Made by a program: the position numbers and the translations under genes. The notes beneath the pieces were generated by a model. The model made no database searches and had not been told where the DNA came from. It saw nothing but the letters and a program-made list of their open reading frames with translations. A stretch of DNA of 57,215 nt, counting the filler, from Dugesia japonica (lineage: Eukaryota), in the NCBI GenBank assembly GCA_001938525.1. It is 6 parts of 6 records of this genome, joined end to end, with 100 filler letters (N's around TTAATTAATTAA, not from the genome) between each part and the next. Parts side by side here need not be neighbours in the genome. Positions count along the whole stretch, not along the records: positions 1 to 9,515 come from MQRL01530059.1; positions 9,616 to 18,636 come from MQRL01615316.1; 4 more parts are not named here. One strand, written 5' to 3'. Of the stretch, positions 1-11,554 are shown piece after piece (positions within the stretch are counted from its first letter, which is position 1; each line of letters starts with the position of its first letter).

Positions 1-1
1 T

Positions 2-133
2 GACGATTTTGTGAATACCATTCCAGAAGCAAACGAGTTAATTTCTTTTGACAATGAGTATGTCAATGTTGATGCAAGTCTTGTCTGTCATGAAGATGAA
101 GAAGATCGTGATAATGAAATTTTAGAAGTTTGA
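2..133 (+). pseudogene. Possible pogo/Tigger transposase C-terminal remnant
   Basis: Frame 2 reads DDFVNTIPEANELISFDNEYVNVDASLVCHEDEEDRDNEILEV*; EYVNVD plus an acidic tail resembles Tigger/jerky C-termini. Confidence 0.35.
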
Positions 134-331
134 GCAAACTGCCTAGGTTATAATCAATATACGAAGTGCAATCATCATGATCAAAAGAAGATAAAATTTG
201 CATTCACAAGTCGCCAGACATTAAATGGCTTCATTAAACAGGACGTTTCATTATGCGCCATGTACAGCCAGTGGCGTGGGACAATTTATTATCTTTAATT
301 AATGTGCTGGGTACTTTACTCAAGTTTATGC

Positions 332-332
332 C

Positions 333-366
<34 letters not shown>

Positions 367-367
367 N
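332..367. repeat. (AAT)n microsatellite
   Basis: Direct reading; runs into an N gap. Confidence 0.95.
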
Positions 368-834
368 NNNNNNNNNNNNNNNNNNNNNNNNNNNNNNNNN
401 NNNNNNNNNNNNNNNNNNNNNNNNNNNNNNNNNNNNNNNNNNNNNNNNNNNNNNNNNNNNNNNNNNNNNNNNNNNNNNNNNNNNNNACATCATTAAATTA
501 ATGAAGCGTGAACATCACTTCCGGAAAGTGTAGGTAATTTATTCCATTAATCAAGTGTCAGATTATTATTACACTTAATTAATTGACTTCTCACATCATT
601 TATCGACTTCATACGTAATATGTAAATATATATATTTTAATGTACCACCAGAATCGAAAAGTAATAAAAGTTTCATACTATGAGCCTCATTATTTGGCAC
701 TAAATAGTATTATTAACATATTATTGAAAACCCGCTGGAATTAATCAATTACTATTCACAAATCACAAATCTTAAAAAATCACAAAATTTATTATAATCA
801 TATTTTTATTAATAAAAATTCTCTCTCTGCATTT

Positions 835-1017
835 CACTTCGTGTGAGTGTTGATTATCCTACCCGCCGTACTCATCAGACATTGCTTCGTCGTATTACCA
901 CTTGTACATGGTCTGTCGGAGTGGAGCTNCATGAATTATGAAGATGTCAAAAAATGGCTAGATTATTGGAATGCCTCGAAACAAGATCAATTAATCTATG
1001 TTGGAATTCAAAAATTT
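835..1017 (+). mobile_element. Mariner transposase C-terminal remnant
   Basis: YPPYSSDIASSYYHL (degenerate YSPDIAPSDYHL), then HGLSE..NYEDVKKWLDYWNASK..GIQKF; followed by (TA)n. Confidence 0.8.
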
Positions 1018-1214
1018 CATATATATATATATATATATATATAATCAACAAAAATATGAATTTGCTGTAATGAAATATGCAGGAAGTTATTATTTGTGGG
1101 CGTATCACCCCAGATGATGATCATTAACTCACACTTAATTAATTGACTTCACATGTCATTAATTAGCACTTGATTGACTTTAAGTAGTTTAGACTACTAA
1201 TAAGCACAAAAAAT

Positions 1215-1510
1215 TCTTTCCTCCTCTTTCCATTTCTTTCATTAATATCATTTTCTTGAATAATCATTCGTTTCATATTTTCAGCTGGCTGCTGTTCACC
1301 TACATCATTTTTTTACAATTATTTTTTAATGTAAGTTGCTGATCATCATTATTGTCACATGACAATGATGATGCATCAATCAACCAACTTGTGCTAAAAT
1401 CTTTTCTATTATTATTTAAACCTAACATCCCATCGATTGAATAAGGCAGATTAGCATGGTTAATAGATGAACCATTAAACATTGCTAAATGCTGCCGATA
1501 ATTTTAAAAA
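1215..1510 (-). CDS. Probable exon of a transcription factor with a Pax octapeptide/eh1 motif
   Basis: YRQHLAMFNGSSINHANLPYSIDGMLG...; the frame continues (NDVGEQQPAENMKRMIIQENDINERNGKR) if an A-homopolymer near 1310 is one base off. Confidence 0.5.
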
Positions 1511-1964
1511 AATCTTTTTTTTTAAATAAACACAATTGGTTTTTAAACACTATTAGAAAAAAAATAATTTAATGTACTATTTATAATGCCTAGATTTATG
1601 TTGCTAGTAAAATGGTTATTGATAGTGATTATTTTAAGCAACATATTGTTTTAAATGTTTTTAATAATTATTGATAAACCAATTCTGATTAATATCAATA
1701 TATTTCATGTCAATGCTTTGCAGACTTTAAATTTTTTTTATCATTATTAGTTTCTTCTATAATTTAATGTTTTATTTAACAAGTAAATATAACTATTATT
1801 ATTGTTATTGACATTATTATTATAATCATTAAAATAATAAATTATTGTGTGAATAACAGTCAAATGTTATTAAAATATAATTATGTTCTCTTTATTTTCT
1901 TAAAATGTTAAATCAAACAATTGTATCAAAAAAATTTTTTTTTATCAAAATATTTTATTTATAG

Positions 1965-2700
1965 CTGGGCTATACTCTCGGTTTGGTAACTCCCTTTCAC
2001 GAGAGTGCTTTTATCCCCCCCCCTTTGGTTGGGTCCTGCGGACTTGAGTGTTAGTCTATCTTATAGTTTTGTGGTTTATATTCGTTTTACCAATTATCAC
2101 AAACAATAAAAAAAATTTAACTGAAAGTAATAACATACGCAATGCTAGTTCAATAAACTTATCGTTGGTGTTTCTGTCAGATGGAATGCGCGTAAGGCTG
2201 TGGCCTGGTATGGTCCTGTCGTTGGTTTGCTTATCTCGGGTGGTCATTCTCCAATAAAGTTTTACCATTAAAAACTGGTTCTGCGTACTCATACATAAAA
2301 CTAACGATAAATAATTTTAAGATAACAATAATGAATTTTTAGTTATCACCATCACAATACAGTACCAATTTGTATCGTTACAGTTCAGATTATTGATAAG
2401 TTAGCTATGCTGTTTATGTTAAATTTTCAGCCGCGACCGTTGTATGATTAGATTTTTGGGTTCTTTAGTTAATCAATCTCATTTATTAATCTTGCAATAG
2501 AATTAAGACTCCGTTTATTCGATACCATTTCCATCCCAACTAAACATGATGGAAGTTATAGAGATCATCTTTTCGTTATTAAAGAGATTGCCATAATAGT
2601 TGTGGCTTAGAGTAAAGTTTCGCCACAGAATACTGGGTAAAATTGTAAAGGAAAATTTGTTCTTACTTTAGAATTTATCAGTAAACCTTTTGATGATTTA
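1965..2700 (-). mobile_element. Possible 3' end of an LTR retroelement (degenerate ORF, polypurine tract, LTR stub)
   Basis: GC-richer island; minus-strand AAAGGGGGGGGA at about 2013-2025 downstream of a short ORF with a hydrophobic stretch. Confidence 0.3.
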
Positions 2701-4429
2701 CTTAAAAGTTGAGTAGGATCTTATCACTAAAGAAATTGTTTTACAAAAATATATAAACAACTAAAAGAATGCTTTTCACTCTCGCATATCACATCATCTT
2801 ATTCAAATTAAAATTAACATCTATGATGAATTATGATTTCGGATGTATTATTATTATTAATTAAATCTGCTGTTCCAAAAGGTTAAAATACTGCGATTAA
2901 TGATTTCGGGTTCTATTCATTTTTACCATATGACGAGGAACCGAATAACAACCCAATATTGTAATTAAATTTTTTTTGCAAACATGCTATTTTTACACAT
3001 AAGAGAAATTGTAGTCGAAAATGAATCTTTATACTTTACAAATATTTAATTCATTCATTTTATTCTTCTAAAAATTTTCGCTCATAAAACATTTCATCTA
3101 TTCCAACTTTTCATCTTTATTTTTGCATACTCAAAACCGTTATATTTGCATTGGCTAAATTCTTTCCCTTTTATTTAAATCAAAACTTATTACTCTCATC
3201 TTTATTTAACAACGTTACTTTCTTTCTGTTTTAGTTAGTAAAGGCTTATTANNNNNNNNNNNNNNNNNNNNNNNNNNNNNNNNNNNNNNNNNNNNNNNNN
3301 NNNNNNNNNNNNNNNNNNNNNNNNNNNNNNNNNNNNNNNNNNNNNNNNNNNNNNNNNNNNNNNNNNNNNNNNNNNNNNNNNNNNNNNNNNNNNNNNNNNN
3401 NNNNNNNNNNNNNNNNNNNNNNNNNNNNNNNNNNNNNNNNNNNNNNNNNNNNNNNNNNNNNNNNNNNNNNNNNNNNNNNNNNNNNNNNNNNNNNNNNNNN
3501 NTTCAATTCATAATTGCATATTATAATGAACCTAGTACACTTTCCAGTGTTAATATTTCGAAAGCTAAAACTATTATTTGTCGGTAAATATTGAGAATAT
3601 GCATTGGATTCTATTTGTTGAGATACTTTGGGGAATTATTACCAAAATAAATCAACAGTGCGTGTGTATAGATAAAAAAATTTTATGAAAAAATGTTAAT
3701 CCCAATTTATATGGATAGTATCGTATCTTAATATAGCTAATATAGATATAATAATATAATATAAATAAGCTATATAGTGTTCCTTAACTTTAAGAAAATA
3801 AATTACTTTTTAAAACAATTTTATTGTCCGTAAATTATATTACACTTTATAATTGTTATTATTATTTTGGCCTCAGTTGTGAATGGGAAACACTCCAAAC
3901 TGATAATGATAAAAATGAGAAACAATCCACTATTTATACTAGTGGCTTTTGAAGATCATGCATACAACTTATGAAAATAAATATGAAATTTTCCATAAAT
4001 TTACGTTATAATTATAAATTTACATTATAAATATAGAAAAATTTTTTCATTATTAATAAAAATTACCGATCACCACATATTCCAAAAGTTTTCATGAAAA
4101 TATTATTCCAAAATTTTCCATTGTTTATTCGATCGAAATTAATTTATAAAGTTCACAATAAATAAAATGTAAAATGATTGTTCGAATCACAAATTAATAA
4201 AGATGAAATGTANNNNNNNNNNNNNNNNNNNNNNNNNNNNNNNNNNNNNNNNNNNNNNNNNNNNNNNNNNNNNNNNNNNNNNNNNNNNNNNNNNNNNNNN
4301 NNNNNNNNNNNNNNNNNNNNNNNNNNNNNNNNNNNNNNNNNNNNNNNNNNNNNNNNNNNNNNNNNNNNNNNNNNNNNNNNNNNNNNNNNNNNNNNNNNNN
4401 NNNNNNNNNNNNNNNNNNNNNNNNNNNNN

Positions 4430-5258
4430 AGAAAAACTTACAACAGCTTTCAATTTCTTATCTACTATTGAAGCTAAACTAGTTCATCATCCGTTGAAAA
4501 ACTTACAAAATCAGTACAACAACTATGGTTACGGACCATTCACCTGTGCCTATGCAATTCTAATACACAATAAATTAAGATCATTACAAGAAAACGTTAT
4601 TAACGATATTCGAAAAGAAACTTATCAATTAAAAATTAAAAGTGTTAATAATAAAACAGCAGAAAATCATGCTGGTGGTATTCTGATAATGAAATATAAC
4701 CAAAACATCTTAAAAACCATTAACTCCTCTAGTAAAGATTGGGACTACCAAACTCTACAAAAGGTTAAGCCTTGCATAACGACTATACTTCAATATTGGT
4801 ACCTCAAACATTTAGACTTGTTAATCTTATCTGAAGATCTAACATTAAACATAATTTCTAATAATAACTCCTTCTTTATTGATAATGTGTTTTTAAAGAC
4901 TGTAAATGTTGAAAATGTCATTTGTGTTATTCGAAATGTTGACTATTGGTGCCTAATTATCTACTCTTTGAAACTTAAAGTCTGTCATATCTTTGACTTT
5001 TGTAATGAACCTGTTTCGGATAGTCTAAATGCTATCGGAGAAAATATAACTGACTACCTTAACGTATTTTTCCTTCAAAAGTCAATAAAATACAAATGTG
5101 AACATATTTTAATTCTCATTCATTTCTCTTCAACTGACCCAATTTACTTTGCAGCTGTATTTATTGTACAAACAGAAAAAATGATGTTCAATCGTAGAAT
5201 TGACAATACAATTGTGTATGATTCATTGCATGAACTGAATGAAAAAATTCGTGATTAA
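4430..5258 (+). pseudogene. Ulp1/C48-like cysteine protease region of the retroelement ORF
   Basis: LQNQYNNYGYGPFTCAYA resembles QxNxxDCGxF; VDYWCLIIYSLKLKVCHIFDF resembles the HWxL...xxFDS strand of a second repeat. Catalytic residues are degenerate. Confidence 0.6.
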
Positions 5259-6111
5259 TGGAAAATGGGAAATCAAACATTAAACATCGCACACAAACAT
5301 GACAAACAACATCGCACGCAAACATAACGCGAAGTCTATCACAGAATATCCCATTTAAGCATCAAATTCAATCAATCAATTCGGAACAATCCAAACAATC
5401 CAACATCAAACCTATTTGATTTAATCAACTTTATTTATCATCTTCTATTTGATCCAAATTAACTTTTAAATTACATTTTAATTGACAATTTTATAAATCA
5501 ATTTATTTGATGTTTATTTTTACTGTAGTTGATTTGTCTTATATCCGGTTTATTATTATTATCGATTATCGGATTTATTTATTATTATCAATTATCGGAT
5601 TTTTTTAAAAAAGGGTACAATTTTATTCTTAATTTTTATTTTTTTTAAGTAAATATTTTAATTTTAGCATGACTTTGAATTTTATTTCATGTAAATATTT
5701 ATAATTTTTATTATTCTATTGCTATGTAAAGGATGCGCACGCACCCGAAAATTTTGTATATATACAGCGTTAAAATTTAGTATTGTTACCCTAAAATTTG
5801 AAATCTCAAATCGAGTCGAGTGTTACTGAGGCAACACTCGAGAGATAAAAATTTTAACGCTATATAATCTGTAAAATTGTAATTCACAAATAAAGGTTTT
5901 ATTTAAAGTTATCATTTACATTTTCTTTTATAATTTGACTATATAGTTTATCTATACGAATATAATATAAATATAATAAATATATTAAGGTCATATAAGA
6001 AAATCATATAAGTTTACTTTAATAAATTTGGATTGTTTAAGAATATATTGGAAGACTATTGAACTCATGCAATTGCTGATTTGCTTTGACAAAAATTCCC
6101 AAAGCATCTCA
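5250..6111 (+). mobile_element. About 860-bp solo-LTR-like insertion; related copy at 36610-37571 on the minus strand
   Basis: Terminal 50 nt match the reverse complement of 36610-36659 at 46/50 positions and end in CA; weaker similarity (CAAT-rich tract etc.) upstream. Confidence 0.6.
5760..5864. mobile_element. Small palindromic MITE
   Basis: Ends TATACAGCGTTAAAATT ... AATTTTAACGCTATATA; internal hairpin TCGAGTGTTAC/GCAACACTCGA. Confidence 0.65.
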
Positions 6112-6942
6112 ATAAAACGATAAAACTATCAAAATGTATTTCAACGGGCTCAATTTGCCGATCACGTATATGCTACTGGAAACTACAATGTTTACTGCAA
6201 TCATCGAAAACTCATCAGAATACTTAAAGGATTTTCTTGACATCGAACAAGTCTGTTCAGCAACAACAGTTTTCGCTGTTTTAACACCGACGAAATATCA
6301 CAAGATACTTCTCATATTAGGTTACAATTGTGATGAACATTATATACTTAACCCAACATCAGAATCAGAAAATAAAGATTAAATCAGTTTATGTCGTGAT
6401 TTTAAAGATTAATGAAATTAAAGAAGTCGATAATCGCGTTACAACTCAAATCAGGCCTATTTAGCCAAATTCTCTTATGTGCATTTATCAAACACTTTGT
6501 ACTTGATAGATCTCTTACAAATATAAATCTTAGAAATATTGGTGACACAATCAACAAACTTCAAACTATCATTGCAGAGAACAGCACTCAATTGAAAGAA
6601 AAATTTACACAAGTACAATAAAAAAATGCTGAAGCTAACTCTAAATGATAGGAAAAGAAAATGCAATGAACCTATTATCAAATCAAGATCCCGATACAAT
6701 TCTTAGTTATATAATAGAAAATATTCCGAAGATAAACTTCAAATCAAATTTGCATAAACCATATCTCGGCAAAAATCAAAACAAGACAGAATCAAATAAA
6801 CATCAGCTTAGATTTCAATTTTTGACTAACATGAAACGGACTGTTACAAAAATATTAAACAAAAACAATACACAATGTAATGTAATGCAAATCTTGAAGA
6901 CATTCTTAGTCATTTTAATCTTGAAGAGCCAAAAATAAAAAG

Positions 6943-7915
6943 TTGGGATTTCATATTAAAAAGCTGCAAAATATCAGACCATTAAGTTTCGAGCCAATTA
7001 GCGAAAACGAAGTACTCAGAGAAATCAAAAAAGCTGATAATTCCTGTCCTCGTCAAGATGGAATTTACTATAGACATATTGCGTTATTAGATCCTGAAGG
7101 TAAAGTACTCGTATTACTCTATAACAGAATAATTGAATCAAAAACTATTCCCTACAGCTGGAAAACCTTCAAAACATTTCTTATACCGAAACTAGGTAAA
7201 GAAGGTCAATATGAAAAAATCTGATCATGGAGACCAATTGCACTACTCTTTGTCATTTATAAACTATTTTCTGTTATTTTAAGACGACTAATCTGCTTGG
7301 TAAATTATAACAATCTCTTACACGTCATTCAGAAGAGAGGTTCAAAATTTGAGGGGTGCATTGAACACAACTCAATTCTAACAGCTGCCTTAGAGCACTC
7401 TAAATCTAGTTAGAGTCGTCCAATTGCGATTGTATGGCTTGACATAAAGTATGCTTTTAGTAGTGCTAACACACGGTTACTTATGGGCATTGCTACAATA
7501 TATTTGGGTTGAAAACGACTTTGCTAACATCCTAGAACTCCTATATTCTGATACATCCTCATTTTATACTTGTAGTTCAATAGTCACAACAAATATTCCG
7601 ATCAAGAGAGGAGTCAAACAAGACTGCCCATTATCTAAGATCCTATTTAATTTGGCAATCAATCCAGTTCTCCAATCAATTTATGGATCCGACACAAAAC
7701 CTTTTATTATAGGTGCATCGAAAATCCCGACTCTTGGATATGCGGATGATTTGGCACTCGTTGCAACTAATACTAAAGACCTTTATAAAATAATCAATAT
7801 AGCAATAGAATCATTGGATTAGAATTTCGTCCGGAAAAATGCTCTTATTTTCAATTACCTCAAACCAACTTCACCAAAGAAGTCTCCATAAATGAAAAGA
7901 AAATTAAAAAATTAG
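6943..7915 (+). pseudogene. Reverse transcriptase of the NeSL/Utopia-type element
   Basis: RT motifs from PGxDG-like through YADD, with stops and frameshifts. Confidence 0.9.
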
Positions 7916-8134
7916 CTATAGTTATAAGTTACTCAATGCTATATAGTTATTATTTACTCAATGGTATATAGTTATAAGTTACTCAATGCTATATAGTTAT
8001 AAGTTACTCAATGCTATATAGTTATTATTTACTCAATGGTATATAGTTATAAGTTACTCAATGCTATATAGTTATTATTTACTCAATCGTATATAGTTAT
8101 AAGTTACTCAATGCTATATAGTTATTATTTACTC
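7915..8134. repeat. 25-bp tandem minisatellite (about 9 copies)
   Basis: Unit TATATAGTTATAAGTTACTCAATGC with variant TATATAGTTATTATTTACTCAATGG. Confidence 0.95.
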
Positions 8135-8178
8135 TTTTTTATTATTATTAGTTATTATTATTATTATTAATTTTATTT

Positions 8179-9515
8179 AGTAGTGGTGTTACATAGCCAT
8201 ACAGACTTTAGTGTATACCCTTCAATATTTTTTATAAAATGTCAGATGTAAAATGTAAGATGTAAAATGTTATATGTAAAATGTCAGATGTAAAATGTCA
8301 GATGTAAAATGTCAGATGTAAATGTAAAATATAAATGTTTAATGTTACATTTTAATTTCCAAGGTTCACGTGCCTTAGGTGAAATATGATACATGATAAG
8401 TATATAAAATGATTTACAAAAGGCTATTAATTACTTAAATAAAATGGCATTAGAATATATTAAATAATTTACAAAGCTCATGTGCCTTTTATATAAAATG
8501 AAAAAATAAAATAAAAAGAAATACCCCTTTATTTTTAATGACAATTTTTAAAAAAGTATCTGCGATTAAAATATTTTATTAATAAAATGGACACTCCATC
8601 ATATAAATGTAATAACTGTATTAAATCATTTAAAAATCTAGCAGGATTAAAAGGTCACATCAATTCAAAAATTTGTTACAAGGTAAATATCCCATTTTAT
8701 TGTGAAAAATGTAATAAAAAATTCAGTTCACAAAAAACTTTACACAAACATTTAAATTCTACAAAATGAGGAAAAATAAAAAATTATCCATTAAAATGTG
8801 AAATATGCAATAAAACATTTGCAAGAGAAAATCACGCTAAAGCTCATTTCAATTCTGATANACATAAACAACTAGAAATTAAGGTTTTATTTGATCAACT
8901 TCCAGGTGAAGAGGCAATTAATTATGATCCAGAAGTTAGAGAACTATTTAAAAATTACACAGATTATGAAATTGAATATTTTAAAGATAGCGCAGTTAAA
9001 ATGAAATTAAATGTAGATGAAATATATGAACCAATTAGAAATATTATTTTATTTAGAAGAGAAATAATAAAAATAGTTAGAAAGTATTTTAGATATGGAA
9101 AAAAGATAATTATAAGTATGAGTGTTAAAAGTAATTATTCAAAACAAATAAATAATGAATATAAAGAAAGAAATTTTACTTCTATATCAGAAAATAAAAG
9201 ATTTACAAGATATAGAGATATAAAAAATGGTGTCACTGAAATATTAAATGAATTACAAAAAAATATTGAAGATGGGGATAAAGAAGGAAGTGGATGGTCA
9301 ATATCTTTCATTAAAGATTTTACATTAAATCTTTCTAAATATCAATCATTAGCTGGTGCAACATATTGCACTTTGCCATTTAAAAAACAAGGTGTTATTA
9401 ACATAATAAACCAAGATAATAAATGTTTTCTATATTCAATTTTGGCTCATAAATATAGAGATTTTGATCAACCAAAAAGAGTAAATAATTACATTCCACA
9501 TTTATCTGATTTAAA
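8179..9515 (+). mobile_element. Polinton/Maverick-like element: left terminus and 5' part of pPolB gene
   Basis: Begins AGTAGT; subterminal 14-bp repeats (TAAAATGTCAGATG, about 8235-8330); then a zinc-finger-pPolB ORF. Confidence 0.7.
8587..9515 (+). CDS. Three zinc fingers fused to the N-terminal region of a protein-primed family B DNA polymerase (one internal TGA at 8767; cut by gap)
   Basis: CNNC..H..C, CEKC..H, CEIC..H..H fingers in frame with EGSGWSI, GATYCTLP, VINIINQDNKCFLYSILA, RVNNY, typical of Maverick/adintovirus PolB N-termini. Confidence 0.85.
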
Positions 9516-9615
9516 NNNNNNNNNNNNNNNNNNNNNNNNNNNNNNNNNNNNNNNNNNNNTTAATTAATTAANNNNNNNNNNNNNNNNNNNNNNNNNNNNN
9601 NNNNNNNNNNNNNNN
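9516..9615. other. Artificial scaffold linker N44-TTAATTAATTAA-N44 (also 18637-18736, 27950-28049, 38241-38340, 48857-48956)
   Basis: Identical 100-nt gaps containing a six-frame stop 12-mer. Confidence 0.95.
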
Positions 9616-10030
9616 TCATGAAGTCATATAATACAGACACAATCAACCCTATAAAGTCATATAATGCATGCAATATACACAATAGAGTCTTATACACACT
9701 ATAAGTCCAATAGGTGTTATACATGCTATAAACCAAATAGAGTTATATAATACACATAATACAAACCCTAAAGACACTTAAATACATGCGATAATTCCTA
9801 TAAAGTAATACACACACAATATAGTCATACGATACATACAATAAACCTAATAATGACATTATATTCCCACAAATAACTCAATTGAACTAGTTAAAACATA
9901 TAATAAGGCCAATACATAAAGTTAAATACATACAATAAACCATATAGAGTCATTAAGTACATTGAATATACCTATTATATGTACAATTAAATACCCTCAA
10001 TAAACAAAAAAAAGAGTTATATAATGCACA
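9616..10030. repeat. Degenerate ~30-bp minisatellite
   Basis: Recurring AAGTCATATAATACA..ACAATAAACC.AT-like units. Confidence 0.55.
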
Positions 10031-10197
10031 TAATATTAAAGGTTCCCGGGGAATATTAAATTTTATACATATTAATCCATGTGTGCATCATAAGTACATG
10101 TTAAGCAACGACAATGTAAACTAAACAAAGGGTTGATATAAACTTAACAAGTGATTTGTAAGTGAACTTACAAATGCATTTTTGTATAATATTATAG

Positions 10198-10590
10198 ACA
10201 ATATCATTGAACATATAATTTCATCTGTTCAAGATAATAATAATAATAACTAATATTAATCCAAATAATTATTTAATAGTAGATGATTTTCGAGAAAATG
10301 ATGTAGAGATGGATGAAATAGATGCAACATTAAAGGAAAAGATCAACGATACTAAACCAAATGATGATATTATTACCGAGAAAATGATTGATGCACAGCC
10401 AAATTATGTCATTATTGATGATGATAAAATAATTGATATGGTTCTAAATGATATTTCTGATGAAGTAATACCTGACACAAATACAAATAAAGATATGATT
10501 GGTGAGGAAATGACTGATTCACAGTCCAATGGGGAAATAAATGATAAAAAAAATAAATGATGAAGACGAATTGATTGAATTTTATTCTGT
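10198..10590 (+). CDS. Acidic ORF/exon with 13-15 aa repeats, unidentified
   Basis: EKINDTKPNDDIIT / EKMIDAQPNYVIID / DKIIDMVLNDIS / EVIPDTNTNKDMIG / EEMTDSQSNGEIN. Confidence 0.35.
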
Positions 10591-11092
10591 AATGAAGAAC
10601 ATGTGTGTGTGTGTGATCTAAATAAATTTTTCTCATAATTGTCTTTTGTGTATTATCTTATATAGATGTTTCAATTGTATTAATTAGATGATAGTTAAAA
10701 TATTACCAAATTACATAGAACTCATTCCAATTTTTAAAAAATTACATAGAAGTCGTGAAATATTTAATAAATTACATAAAGTCTACAAAGAAAAATTTTC
10801 ATAAATTACGAAATTAGTGAAATATTTTAAAAATTGCAAAAAAGTCCCACCAAAAAAAACTTCTTTGTCTAAATTGTATCAAAACAATAAACTTTAATTT
10901 AATTAGAACGTAATCGATTATGTAATCAAAATAANNNNNNNNNNNNNNNNNNNNNNNNNNNNNNNNNNNNNNNNNNNNNNNNNNTTCAAACGCGATTTTA
11001 TTTCGAAATGTAAAAAAGAATATAGAAATGCATTTGGTAAGCAGTTTAAATAAAGACAAATTGATTTGTCACTCAATAATATTTTAAATACA

Positions 11093-11134
<42 letters not shown>

Positions 11135-11344
11135 TATTTTCCCAAAAAAATAAAAATTTATTAAAAAAAAATTTAAATAAAAAAATTGTTAAAACAAAAA
11201 TTAAAAAATTATTTATTTAAAAAAAAAAAATTTCAAAAAATAAAATTTCAAAAAAAAATTTATTGAAATAAAAAAAATACAATTATTAAAACAAAAAAAA
11301 ATTATTTATTAAAATAAATTTTTTTTTCTCTAAATTATGTGTTT

Positions 11345-11448
11345 TCGTGGGGGTGTACTATTTTAAAGTAATATGTTTCCGTGAGGGAGGGGGTACTATT
11401 TTAAAGTAATATGTTTCCGTGAGGGGACGGAGTAGGGGTTAGGGGGGG
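11345..11448. repeat. 38-bp direct repeat (2 copies) with G-tracts
   Basis: GTACTATTTTAAAGTAATATGTTTCCGTGAGGG at 11355 and 11393, flanked by runs of G. Confidence 0.85.
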
Positions 11449-11554
11449 TATGATGTCTTTGTTCTGACATAGAAAAAAAGGAAAGTATGACTCATCGGAA
11501 CACAAAAAATTTTTAACAAAAAAAATTAAAAAAATAATTTAAAAAAAAAATTTT

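Larger units (their letters stand above)
4430..7915 (+). mobile_element. NeSL/Utopia-type (R2 superclade) non-LTR retrotransposon, degenerate and 3'-truncated, interrupted by an insertion at about 5250-6111
   Basis: Ulp1-like region followed by RT motifs: SCPRQDGIYY, DPEGKVL, SWRPIAL, GCIEHNSIL, VWLDIKYAF, RGVKQDCPLS, GYADDLAL, GLEFRPEKC. Confidence 0.85.

Noticed and set aside
3249-4471. ORFs in the track that span N runs (also 253-501 and 30194-30572)
   Set aside because: They are open only because of Ns or repeats.
7915-8134. CRISPR-like array
   Set aside because: Units are contiguous with no unique spacers, and the context is eukaryotic; the same applies to the array at 29922-30660.
9560-9571. 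TTAATTAATTAA as a biological palindrome
   Set aside because: Always centred in a 100-nt N gap; it is an assembly linker.
11433-11448. Telomeric TTAGGG seed
   Set aside because: Single occurrence inside a G-tract; no array.
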